This document shows positions 28,030 to 37,157 of a stretch of DNA of 64,000 nt, piece after piece (the stretch's first letter is position 1; the number at the start of each line of letters is the position of its first letter). A program made the position numbers and the translations under genes. The stretch is from an uncultured Bacteroidota bacterium (GTDB lineage Bacteria; Bacteroidota; Bacteroidia; Bacteroidales; VadinHA17), in contig CAWJKD010000005.1 of the NCBI GenBank assembly GCA_963843415.1, positions 563,059-627,058 on the forward strand. Direction: 5' to 3'. A model generated the notes under the pieces. The model did no database searches. It was not told the origin of the DNA and saw only the letters and a list, made by a program, of their open reading frames with translations.

Positions 28030-29367
28030 GTGAAAGGCAAGAAAGAAGATAAAGTGATCCGGGATCTGTTCAGGCACAAGCTTGAAAACGCTGAAGTAAT
28101 TCCTTCACTTTCGGTCGGGAAAAATCTTATGCCCAGACTGGCAAGAAAAGAATTCATGCATTTCATACCATCCCGGTTTAATATATGGTATGCATTAGCG
28201 ATAGCAACGGCCGGTGCTGCAATAGTAATTGTTCTGCTTTCCGGTTCACGGGGTAATGATAATGTTTTACCTGATTCATCTTTATCCGGAATGAACCAGC
28301 AAATGACTCCTTCAAAGCGGAATGAAATTTCAGCTACTTCAAATGAAAGTAAGACCTCAGGAAGCATAAGCGTGATTGCCGGTCGGTCAGAGTTCAGATC
28401 AGGAAAATCATCGGGGGGGCTAAATATTAATAGCAATGACCAGCTTTTTTCAGACCAGAGGCTGAGTGCTCCGGCACGGCCGGGTGCATCAGGTTCTCTG
28501 CCCAATGAAACATTTTTCCCGGAAACTTATGTTAAGAAATTCAAACTCAGAGGCGTATCAAAAGTTGATAACATCATTATACCTTCTGCTAATGAGGGGT
28601 GTATCCCATTGAAAGTAAGATTTACCAGCAAAGCTTCTGATTACAGATCAATTAAATGGACATTCGGAGATGAGGGTTATTCAGAAGAAAAGAATCCGGA
28701 ATGGATATTTGATGTTGAAGGAGAATATGAGATTATTGTTCAATTGTTTGGACCTGATGGCTTAAAATCAGTCTCCTCATGTACGATAAAAGTTTATCCG
28801 AAGCCTGTTGCACGATTCGAAATTATTCAGGATGATGAAGTGTTACCGGATGAAGAGATCACTTTTAATAACTATTCTACGGGGGCTGTAAAATTCAAAT
28901 GGTTTTTCGGTGATGGTACAACATCAGACCTGTTTTCTCCACAACATTCTTATCTGAAGCCCGGGAACTTTAATATTGGTCTTGTAGCAACCTCAGAATT
29001 CGGATGTTCTGATAGTCTGATAGTTAAAAATGCTCTTTCAGAATCCGGATATTTTATTGAATTTCCGAATGCATTTATTCCTAATCCTGGCGGGCCCTCA
29101 AATGGCTATTATTCAATTAAAAGCGATGAGTCAGCATATGTATTTCATCCTGAATCATTTGGAGTATCTGACTATCAATTAAAGATTTTCAGCAAGCGGG
29201 GTGTACTTATGTTTGAAAGCAATGATCTGAATATAGGTTGGGATGGTTATTATAAAGGCCAGTTAAGCAATCCGGGAGTCTATATCTGGAAAGTGCGCGG
29301 GAATTTTATTAACAGGGAGCCGTTTATTAAATTGGGTGATGTAACACTCCTTAAAAATAAATCCTGA
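28030..29367 (+). CDS. anti-sigma-like single-pass membrane protein with two PKD domains and a T9SS type B (gliding-motility) C-terminal sorting domain
   Basis: 445 aa, GTG start 21 nt after the sigma gene. Basic N-terminus DLFRHKLENAEV, hydrophobic helix at aa 51-70, PKD motifs (IKWTFGDEG; FKWFFGDGT). CTD: FPNAFIPN...LKIFSKRGVLMFES...GWDGYYKG...PGVYIWKV...GDVTLLK. Confidence 0.75.
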   Translation: MKGKKEDKVIRDLFRHKLENAEVIPSLSVGKNLMPRLARKEFMHFIPSRFNIWYALAIATAGAAIVIVLLSGSRGNDNVLPDSSLSGMNQQMTPSKRNEISATSNESKTSGSISVIAGRSEFRSGKSSGGLNINSNDQLFSDQRLSAPARPGASGSLPNETFFPETYVKKFKLRGVSKVDNIIIPSANEGCIPLKVRFTSKASDYRSIKWTFGDEGYSEEKNPEWIFDVEGEYEIIVQLFGPDGLKSVSSCTIKVYPKPVARFEIIQDDEVLPDEEITFNNYSTGAVKFKWFFGDGTTSDLFSPQHSYLKPGNFNIGLVATSEFGCSDSLIVKNALSESGYFIEFPNAFIPNPGGPSNGYYSIKSDESAYVFHPESFGVSDYQLKIFSKRGVLMFESNDLNIGWDGYYKGQLSNPGVYIWKVRGNFINREPFIKLGDVTLLKNKS

Positions 29368-29545
29368 TGTTCTGAAATTCCCATTAGAAGCCAGCGCGAG
29401 ATCAAATATTTAGTTTTGTCCTATATTTCGTATTTTTCTCATCTGAAAGAAACTTGCTTTTCAGTGTCACATTTGGTGGAAAACTTCGTTAAATAGCAAG
29501 GAAATGTGAAATGATTTGACTACTTTCGTTTATCGTAAACCTAAC

Positions 29546-30544
29546 TTGAAAACTTTGCTAAAGAGGATCAAATATATAGTTTTACTGTCATTTATCCTTT
29601 TTTCCGATAGTTATTGTCAGGATCCGACTTTCTCTCAATTTTACGCTAATCCTCTATATCTGGCCCCGTCATTTGCGGGTGCCACAGAGGAGTACAGACT
29701 GGGTATGAACTATAGAAACCAGTGGCCGGCTGTTCCGGGTGTCTTCCATACCTACAGCATTTCATTTGATAAAGCGATGCCTAATTTTAATTCCGGATTC
29801 GGTATCCTTGCCAGTTATGATGTAGCAGGTTCAGGCGATCTGAGCACAACCAACATTGGCTTGCTTTATTCTTACGATTTTAATATAAGCAACAACTGGC
29901 ATATAAGACCGGGTGTACACTTCAAGTTTTACTACCTGGGCCTTGACATTTATAAGCTGGTTTTTAACAGCCAGCTGACCGGAAGCGGAACTTCTCCATC
30001 GGTATATCCGCCACCATTCGATAATGTGGCTGATGTTGATTTTGCAACTTCTGCACTTGCTTACAACGACAGGATGTGGGCAGGATTCACTCTCGATCAC
30101 CTGCTGGTTCCGAAAACCTCTTTCTATGGCGATGATGCTAATGTCCCGGTGAAATTCAATCTCTTCGGAGGAGTTCAGCTTGTTAAAAAAACAAGGCTGA
30201 GAGTAAAAATGCAGGAAGTACTTTCAATCGCATTGAACTTTCAGAGACAGGCAAAATTTTACCAGACTGATGTTGGCTTATATTATCTGAAAAGTCCTCT
30301 GATCTTTGGTTTATGGTACAGGGGAATACCCTTTGTGACTTCACAGGCAGGAGATGCTATAATAGGACTGATTGGTTTCAAATCGGATAATCTTCATATA
30401 GGATATAGTTACGATTTCACAATTTCAAATCTGATCAGCTCAACTGCTGGTGCTCATGAAGTATCGGTAGTATATGAGTTCACATCATTTTCTGTCGGAT
30501 CGCAAAGGAGAAGGATAAGGGCTATCCCTTGCCCCGAATTCTGA
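29546..30544 (+). CDS. PorP/SprF family type IX secretion system membrane protein
   Basis: QDPTFSQFYANPLYLAPSFAG...YRNQW is the family N-terminal signature. There is no ATG. The track starts at TTG 29516. TTG 29546 gives a better signal peptide, (M)KTLLKRIKYIVLLSFILFS, so the start is uncertain. Confidence 0.8.
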   Translation: MKTLLKRIKYIVLLSFILFSDSYCQDPTFSQFYANPLYLAPSFAGATEEYRLGMNYRNQWPAVPGVFHTYSISFDKAMPNFNSGFGILASYDVAGSGDLSTTNIGLLYSYDFNISNNWHIRPGVHFKFYYLGLDIYKLVFNSQLTGSGTSPSVYPPPFDNVADVDFATSALAYNDRMWAGFTLDHLLVPKTSFYGDDANVPVKFNLFGGVQLVKKTRLRVKMQEVLSIALNFQRQAKFYQTDVGLYYLKSPLIFGLWYRGIPFVTSQAGDAIIGLIGFKSDNLHIGYSYDFTISNLISSTAGAHEVSVVYEFTSFSVGSQRRRIRAIPCPEF

Positions 30545-30672
30545 TCCATCTGTTTGTCCGGTTAAACTATAACGGATTCAGCTTTTATAATTATTTACAG
30601 TCAGTTGCATCCTGAAATGTTTATTTTTTTATATTTGCGCCTGACTCATGTTTAATAAATAAATAATTTGTG

Positions 30673-31272
30673 ATGAAGAAACTGTCAATAGCCCTGTTTG
30701 CGTTTTTATTTCTTGCAACAGCGGCCCTCTATTTTCTGTATTTTACAGGTAAAAAACAAAATAAAAAGAGTGATGATACCACTTCTGCTGTTCAGTCAGA
30801 TGCAGAGGGGATTGCCTTCTTAAATATCGATTCAGTCATTTATAATTTCGACATGTTCTTTGACAGGAGAGAAGATTTGATGGCAAAGCAGAAAAAAGCT
30901 GAAGCAGAGCTTACATCAAAAGGAACTCAATATGAAAGAAGCGCAAAAGATTATCAGGACAAAGTCAACAAAGGTCTTGTAACAAGAGCCACAGCCGCTG
31001 AGATGGAACAATCGCTTTATCAGCAGCAACAGGAACTTGTTACACTCCGGGACAATCTTCAGACCAATCTGATGGAAGAAGAACAGGTTATGAACAGGCA
31101 GATAGTTGAGTACATAACAACCTATCTCGACGAGAACAGGTCTGCATATAATTACCAGTATATTCTTGGTAAGAGCTTTGGAAGCGTAGTTCTTTATGGA
31201 GATTCTGCTTTGGATATCACAAATAAAGTCACTGAAGCTCTGAATAACAAATACCGGGTTGAGAAAAAATAA
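30673..31272 (+). CDS. OmpH/Skp-like protein (third copy in the window)
   Basis: About 199 aa. N-terminal hydrophobic segment and a Q/E/K-rich coiled-coil body similar to the skp paralogs. Confidence 0.6.
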   Translation: MKKLSIALFAFLFLATAALYFLYFTGKKQNKKSDDTTSAVQSDAEGIAFLNIDSVIYNFDMFFDRREDLMAKQKKAEAELTSKGTQYERSAKDYQDKVNKGLVTRATAAEMEQSLYQQQQELVTLRDNLQTNLMEEEQVMNRQIVEYITTYLDENRSAYNYQYILGKSFGSVVLYGDSALDITNKVTEALNNKYRVEKK

Positions 31273-31277
31273 CACAA

Positions 31278-32552
31278 ATGGGCTTTGCCACATCGTGGCT
31301 TGAAAAAAGGGCTTTATTCCCGGAAATATTCAGAGAAACACCTGACAACCAAACAGGTATAATAGTCGTCATTCCTTCCTTTAATGAACCGGAGATCCCA
31401 AAACTTCTTAATTCTCTTTCATTATGTGATGAGCCTGAATGTAAAGTTGAAGTTATAATAATTGTCAATGCGGGAAGGGACGCCAGTAAAGAGAGCCTCC
31501 TGAATAACCAGAAATCTTTACAGGATATTGAAAGCTGGAAGAAAAGTAATAATAATTATTTCTTCCGGCTTTTTGTTTTTGATGCCGGGCAGCCTGAATT
31601 TGATGGCTGGGGTGCCGGAATGGCAAGAAAAACAGGTATGGACGAAGCTTTACGCCGGTTCAATTCAATCGATATGCCCGACGGAGTCATCGTGAGCCTG
31701 GATGCAGATTGCACGGTTGAAAAGAACTATTTTACTTCAATCTGTAATGATCTGCTTAAAATGGAAAAGCGGTCAGCATGTTCTGTATATTTCGAGCACC
31801 CGCTTACAGGCAACGATTTCCCCGCGAGGATCTATGAGTATATCACTTTATATGAATTACATCTAAGGTATTATATTCAGGGCTTAAGGTATTCAGGATT
31901 TCCATATCCTTTTCATACAGTGGGTTCTGCAATAGCTGTAAAAGCAAAAAGTTATGTTAAAGCTGGTGGAATGAACCGGCGGCAGGCTGGTGAAGATTTC
32001 TATTTCATCCAGAAGATTGTACCCATGGGAGGATATTTCACACTAAATTCGACCACCGTTTATCCTTCCCCAAGAGAATCCTTCAGAGTACCTTTCGGAA
32101 CAGGACCTGCAGTCGCCAGATTCATTGAGAAAAATGACCAGGTTCTTTTGACATATAATATAAAGGCATTCAGTGAGCTGCGTTCGCTTTTTGGTATAAT
32201 AACAAAACTTTATGGGAGCAGTTTTTCTGAACTAAATGAATATTACAGGTTGCTACCGGAGGGTTTGAAATCTTTTATCAATGATGAAGAATGGTTATCA
32301 GCGACTACCGGAATTAAGCACAATACCGCAAGTCACGATTCTTTCAGAAAAAGGTTTTTCGGATGGTTCAATATGTTTAAGGTGGTCAAATATATGAATC
32401 ATGTTCATTCATCTCTTTTTGAAAAACAGTCTGTCCCGGATTCGGCTTACGCATTACTGGCTGAATCAGGTCATCGATTCCTTTTAAAAAATCCGTATGA
32501 CCTTTTGATCTTTTATCGTGATCTGGAAAAATCTATTGTGGTGGAGGAATGA
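31278..32552 (+). CDS. glycosyltransferase family 2 protein
   Basis: 424 aa. GT-A start (IIVVIPSFNEP), a DxD-like LDADC, and later GEDFYF. Confidence 0.7.
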   Translation: MGFATSWLEKRALFPEIFRETPDNQTGIIVVIPSFNEPEIPKLLNSLSLCDEPECKVEVIIIVNAGRDASKESLLNNQKSLQDIESWKKSNNNYFFRLFVFDAGQPEFDGWGAGMARKTGMDEALRRFNSIDMPDGVIVSLDADCTVEKNYFTSICNDLLKMEKRSACSVYFEHPLTGNDFPARIYEYITLYELHLRYYIQGLRYSGFPYPFHTVGSAIAVKAKSYVKAGGMNRRQAGEDFYFIQKIVPMGGYFTLNSTTVYPSPRESFRVPFGTGPAVARFIEKNDQVLLTYNIKAFSELRSLFGIITKLYGSSFSELNEYYRLLPEGLKSFINDEEWLSATTGIKHNTASHDSFRKRFFGWFNMFKVVKYMNHVHSSLFEKQSVPDSAYALLAESGHRFLLKNPYDLLIFYRDLEKSIVVEE

Positions 32553-32574
32553 AGAATACCGTTAATTATTCTTC
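32551..32574. terminator. weak hairpin between convergent genes (possible bidirectional terminator)
   Basis: GAAGAAT (32551-32557) and ATTCTTC (32568-32574) with a 10-nt loop. It overlaps both stop codons and has no clear U-tract. Confidence 0.25.
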
Positions 32575-32900
32575 CTGTTTATTTTACGGTCCTCTTTTGG
32601 CGTGAGGATTATGAACAGATCTTCATCAGGTTTTTTCATCCGGTATTGCTCCCTGGCAAATTTCTCAAGGTTATGATTATCTGTTTTCAGTTCCTTAAGC
32701 TTCATCTGATCTACCTCAATTTTATTCAGATAATATTCCCTGTCGTTTCTAAGCTTATGCAGCTCACGCATCTCCCTGTACCGTGAAAGCAGGTTGTTAG
32801 AATCAAGCAAAATAATCCAGATGAAGAAGATAAGGAGAGTAAGGAAATATTTATTTCTGAATATGGCAGGGATCCTGTTTATGTACTTGAATCTGATCAT
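32562..32900 (-). CDS. septum formation initiator (FtsB/DivIC-like) family protein
   Basis: 112 aa. One TM helix, a coiled coil, and the C-terminal EKFAREQYRMKKPDEDLFII typical of the family. Confidence 0.65.
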   Translation of the reverse strand: MIRFKYINRIPAIFRNKYFLTLLIFFIWIILLDSNNLLSRYREMRELHKLRNDREYYLNKIEVDQMKLKELKTDNHNLEKFAREQYRMKKPDEDLFIILTPKEDRKINRKNN

Positions 32901-32926
32901 TATGTTACAAAACTACAACTTTTTTT

Positions 32927-33130
32927 TTAACCGCCACTCATAAGATAGAGTATCTGAACATCATCACCTTCGCGGATTAATGTTGAGTCATATTTATCTT
33001 TTGAGACAAGTATACCGTTAATCTTTATAATCCTCATTCTGAATGTGAATTTCTTTAACATCAGCATTTCAGTAACGGTTATTGAATCTCCGGTAAAGGA
33101 TTCTTCCCTGTTATTTAGTAGTATTTTCAT
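32927..33130 (-). CDS. thiS: ThiS/MoaD-family sulfur-carrier protein
   Basis: 67 aa. Beta-grasp-size protein ending in GG (ILYLMSGG). Overlaps the upstream E1-like gene by 4 nt. Confidence 0.7.
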   Translation of the reverse strand: MKILLNNREESFTGDSITVTEMLMLKKFTFRMRIIKINGILVSKDKYDSTLIREGDDVQILYLMSGG

Positions 33131-33732
33131 ACCTTGAAATAGTCAGCTCTCTTCTTCATCAAAATTTCAATTACAATATTCGCCTGAAGGTTTGCCACTA
33201 TACCCACTCTTGGAGCCATCGTTGGGTATTCATCGCCGGCTTCAGTTGATTCATCGCCACATATATAGAGAGTATCATCGATCTTCCTGCACCTTATCGT
33301 TTCATTGTTGCCCCATCCCGCGACTCCTGACCCTATAATAAGCGGGATCCCTGGCATTTTTACCTGAACAGTTTCGATCAGCATTTCTTTCATACTATCC
33401 TTGTCGAAAGCTTCAACAATAACATCGCAGCCCGAGAAGATCTTCGGGATGTTCGATTCGTCAAGCTTCTCAGTGTAAGCAAGAACTATAATATCAGGGT
33501 CAATCCTGGATATATTTTCTTTCAGGGCAACCGTTTTAAGGATTCCTACCTGATTAGTAAAGTAGTATTGGCGACTAAGATTAGCAGGTTCAATCACATC
33601 AAAATCAGATACTACCAATGTGCCAATGCCGCTCCTGGCGAGAGCTGCGGCGCAGTTTGAGCCAAGGCCTCCCGCTCCGGCAATTCCGACCCTGAATTGT
33701 GAAAGATGATTTTTAATTTCTGAGAACCTCAT
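33127..33732 (-). CDS. thiF: ThiF/MoeB/HesA-family adenylyltransferase (short ~200-aa form)
   Basis: 201 aa. Nucleotide-binding IAGAGGLGS, NLSRQ, and an EAFD acidic motif. No rhodanese domain. Confidence 0.75.
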   Translation of the reverse strand: MRFSEIKNHLSQFRVGIAGAGGLGSNCAAALARSGIGTLVVSDFDVIEPANLSRQYYFTNQVGILKTVALKENISRIDPDIIVLAYTEKLDESNIPKIFSGCDVIVEAFDKDSMKEMLIETVQVKMPGIPLIIGSGVAGWGNNETIRCRKIDDTLYICGDESTEAGDEYPTMAPRVGIVANLQANIVIEILMKKRADYFKV

Positions 33733-33971
33733 TTTCTAAACTGATATGACCTTTGAAACGATTGTAATGATTACTTTTTCTATAGCCAGCATGGATACTA
33801 TTTAGTCTAACCTTTGATTCCCTAAAGATAAGAACCTTTTCGTGTACGTGCAAGATACTCAGTACTCAACCGCTTGATTACATTATTATCCTGATTTTTA
33901 TCATACCAAAAAACCAGGGAAAATGTACCTTTATTGAATTATACAGAACTATAATTATTACTTTGTCAGAG

Positions 33972-36125
33972 ATGAATATTGATCAGATAAAAGCAAAGCA
34001 CAAATTTCTGAAAAGGTGGGATTACACCTGGACACCTCTCAGTAAAGGCTATACCGACAAAATCCTTTACATTAATGTTGGTACATCAGAAATAATGGAA
34101 AAAGATGTTCCCCCGTTGATGAAAGAGAAATTTATCGGAGGGAAAGGATATGGTCTGAGACTTCTCTGGGATGCGACAACACCTGAAACTAAATGGGATG
34201 ATCCGGAAAATGAGATAATAATATCATCCGGACCGATTGGAGGTATTACCCAATATTCAGGAACTGGTAAATCACTTGTAGTGAGCATTTCCCCACAGAC
34301 AAACTCCGTGATAGACAGCAATGTGGGAGGATTCTTCGGTCCATTCCTTAAGTTCTCGGGTTTCGATGCCCTTGAGATTCAGGGGAAAGCCCAAAACGAC
34401 ATTATAATTTTCATCGATGGTATAAACCACAAAGTGGAGCTTCTTGAAGCCCCTGCAGAAGCTCCTGACAGTCACCTCCTTGCAGAACAGCTTACGGAAA
34501 TTTTTGCCGATAACGACAATGAAAAAAAGAACATTGGCATTGTATCCACCGGGTCAGCTGCTGAGCACTCCCTGATAGGAATGCTTAATTTCAGTTTTTA
34601 TGATCCTAAAAGGAAGAAAGTCCGCTTAAAGCAGGCAGGACGCGGAGGTATCGGAACTGTTTTCAGAAATAAAAAGATAAAAGCGCTGGTCTGTAAGATA
34701 CCCGGAGTTAAAGGGAATCTCAATAATGTTGTTGATCTTGACGCGATTAGTGAAAGAGGAAGAAGATTCAACAGGGAGATACGGGAACTTGATGACAAGC
34801 AATGCCAGATGCGTCAGGTTGGAACTGCTCATCTGGTGGAGATTATGAATGATCATGATCTTCTTCCGGTTATGAATTATCAGTATGGCAGTCACCCGGA
34901 TGCCTATAAGATCGATTCCTCAATATGGAAAAAGAACTTTACACAAAACATCCCTGACGGCTGCTGGATTGGATGTAACATGTCGTGCAGCAAAGGTATT
35001 GATGATTATGAAGTGAAGACCGGACCGTATAAAGGACAAAAAGTTATTGTCGATGGGCCTGAATATGAAAATGCTGCAGGTCTGGGTTCGAACTGTGGTA
35101 TCTTCGATCCCGGATATATAATTGAAACAAATTTTTACTGCGACACTTATGGCATATGCACTATAACCTGGAGCACTCTCACTGCATTCATTATGGAATG
35201 TTATGAAAATGGGATACTGAATACTGAACGGACAGGAGGGCTCGATTTAAAATTCGGCAATTCGAAAGATGCCCTTGAACTGCTGCACCAGGTTGCAAGG
35301 GGTGAAGGATTCGGACTGAAAGCAGGACAGGGAGTGAGGAGAATGAAAGAGATGTTCATTAAAAACGGCTGGGGTGACCCTTCTTTCCTTAATGATATTG
35401 CTATGGAAAACAAAGGCCTTGAGTATTCCCAGTATATGCCTAAAGAATCACTTGCCCAGCAGGGAGGATTTGCCATGACAAATAAAGGCCCGCAGCATGA
35501 TGAAGCCTGGCTCATATTTATGGATATGGTCAACAACCAGATACCAACATTTGAAAAAAAGGCTGAAGCACTGCATTATTTCCCTATGTTCAGAACATGG
35601 TTTGGACTTGTTGGCCTCTGTAAACTTCCCTGGAACGATGTTGAACCTGAAAGTAACGCTCAATCAGACGAACCGGCTAAAGTACCTGAGCATGTTGATA
35701 ATTATGTGACTATTTATAAGGCAGTTACGGGTCGTGAATTTGATAAGAACCGACTTGTTGAGGACTCAGAACGGGTTTATAATTTCCAGAGGGTCTTTAA
35801 TCTCAGGCGTGGATATGGAACACGGATATCTGACAGACAGCCTTACCGTGCAGCAGGGCCTGTTACAAAGGCAGAATATGAATCACGGGCTGAGAGGTAT
35901 GATAAACAGCTGAGGGAAAAAGTCGGAATAAACACTGAAGGGATGACAACTGAAGACAAAATGAAAATACTCAGAAAGTACCGCGAAGATCAATACGAAA
36001 GACTTGTGGATGCAGTATATGAACGCAGGGGATGGAACAATAATGGTGTACCTGAAATCGAATTTCTGAAAAAAATCGGCATGGATTTCCCTGAGGTAAT
36101 AGATGTTGTAAAAAATTACCAATAG
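33972..36125 (+). CDS. aldehyde:ferredoxin oxidoreductase family tungsto/molybdopterin enzyme (long form)
   Basis: AOR N-domain (GGKGYGLRLLW), GPEYENAAGLGSNCG, and cluster cysteines CWIGCNMSC plus GLCKLPW. The track ORF starts at TTG 33963; I prefer the ATG at 33972. Confidence 0.85.
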   Translation: MNIDQIKAKHKFLKRWDYTWTPLSKGYTDKILYINVGTSEIMEKDVPPLMKEKFIGGKGYGLRLLWDATTPETKWDDPENEIIISSGPIGGITQYSGTGKSLVVSISPQTNSVIDSNVGGFFGPFLKFSGFDALEIQGKAQNDIIIFIDGINHKVELLEAPAEAPDSHLLAEQLTEIFADNDNEKKNIGIVSTGSAAEHSLIGMLNFSFYDPKRKKVRLKQAGRGGIGTVFRNKKIKALVCKIPGVKGNLNNVVDLDAISERGRRFNREIRELDDKQCQMRQVGTAHLVEIMNDHDLLPVMNYQYGSHPDAYKIDSSIWKKNFTQNIPDGCWIGCNMSCSKGIDDYEVKTGPYKGQKVIVDGPEYENAAGLGSNCGIFDPGYIIETNFYCDTYGICTITWSTLTAFIMECYENGILNTERTGGLDLKFGNSKDALELLHQVARGEGFGLKAGQGVRRMKEMFIKNGWGDPSFLNDIAMENKGLEYSQYMPKESLAQQGGFAMTNKGPQHDEAWLIFMDMVNNQIPTFEKKAEALHYFPMFRTWFGLVGLCKLPWNDVEPESNAQSDEPAKVPEHVDNYVTIYKAVTGREFDKNRLVEDSERVYNFQRVFNLRRGYGTRISDRQPYRAAGPVTKAEYESRAERYDKQLREKVGINTEGMTTEDKMKILRKYREDQYERLVDAVYERRGWNNNGVPEIEFLKKIGMDFPEVIDVVKNYQ

Positions 36126-36140
36126 ATAGCGAAGCCCAAT

Positions 36141-37157
36141 TTGGGCGTCTTAACAATATATCAATCTGATAAATTGAACAGGCTCATTATATTAATAACT
36201 GCAGCTATTATTTCCCTGGCAGGTTGCAGAAACAGATCTGAAGGCAAACTGTACGAAATAATTATTTTTCATGCCGGCAGCCTCTCGGTCCCGTTTAAGC
36301 AGGCAGCTGCAGAATACGAGAAGAGAAATCCTCAGATCAGGATATTGTTGGAACCTTCAGGCAGTCTGGTGTGTGCGCGCAAAGTGACTGAACTGAAAAG
36401 ACCTTGTGACATTGTGGCATCAGCTGATCATTTTGTAATAAATGAGCTTCTTATACCAGATTATGCATTATGGAGTATAAGGTTTACAACTAATGAAATT
36501 GTAATTGCTTTTCAGGACAAAGCTAAATATGCTTCAGAAATAAATGATAGTAACTGGTTTGATATCCTGCTCCGCAATGATGTGATCTATACCAGGTCAG
36601 ATCCTGATTCAGATCCCTGTGGTTACAGAACCATTATGACATTCAAGCTTGCGGAAAAGTTTTATGGATTGCCCGGGCTTACTGACAAAATGATATCCAA
36701 AAACAAGGAATATATCCGTCCTAAGGAAGTAGACCTGATAGCCCTTGTTGAATCGAATGCCGTTGATTATATGTTTCAATATAAATCAGTGGCAAAACAG
36801 CATGACATGAAGTACATTGAACTGCCTGAGGAGATCAATCTTGGTGATCCGTTTTTTAATGATATGTATAAGACTGTATCTGTGGATGTTACAGGCAATA
36901 TACCTTCAAGTAAGATTACCGTAACGGGGGAATATATTAACTATAGCCTGACTATTCTGAAGGATGCACCCCATAGCAGGGAGGCGCTTGATTTCGTTCG
37001 ATTTCTCCTGGGCAAAAATGGTATGGATATTTTCAAAAAGAACGGACAGGAACCTTTAATTCCATTTCTTTCAGAACAACCCGATCAGGTACCCGATGTA
37101 CTAAGGGTCTACCTGGAGGAAGGGGGAAAAGAATTAAGTGAACATGATAAGATATAA
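36141..37157 (+). CDS. wtpA: tungstate/molybdate ABC transporter substrate-binding lipoprotein (WtpA-like)
   Basis: The FHAGSLSVPF motif is as I recall for WtpA. Lipobox LIILITAAIISLAGC. There is no in-frame ATG near the 5' end, so the start is TTG at 36141 or 36174. Confidence 0.7.
   Translation: MGVLTIYQSDKLNRLIILITAAIISLAGCRNRSEGKLYEIIIFHAGSLSVPFKQAAAEYEKRNPQIRILLEPSGSLVCARKVTELKRPCDIVASADHFVINELLIPDYALWSIRFTTNEIVIAFQDKAKYASEINDSNWFDILLRNDVIYTRSDPDSDPCGYRTIMTFKLAEKFYGLPGLTDKMISKNKEYIRPKEVDLIALVESNAVDYMFQYKSVAKQHDMKYIELPEEINLGDPFFNDMYKTVSVDVTGNIPSSKITVTGEYINYSLTILKDAPHSREALDFVRFLLGKNGMDIFKKNGQEPLIPFLSEQPDQVPDVLRVYLEEGGKELSEHDKI

Noticed and set aside
27924-28505. A 193-aa minus-strand ORF spanning the sigma / anti-sigma junction
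   Set aside because: It is antisense to two well-supported plus-strand genes, has a low-complexity S/P/L-rich product and no recognisable motif.
33733-33962. A TPP (THI-box) riboswitch upstream of thiF, or a Moco/Tuco riboswitch upstream of the AOR gene
   Set aside because: On the thiF strand there is a CTGAGTA and an ATCCATGCTGGCTATAG that faintly recall CUGAGA and AUGCCAGCG. However, the ACCUGAUCUGG core and the required spacing are missing. The region is AT-rich, with none of the GC-rich conserved helices of the Moco motif. A covariance-model scan would be needed to be sure.
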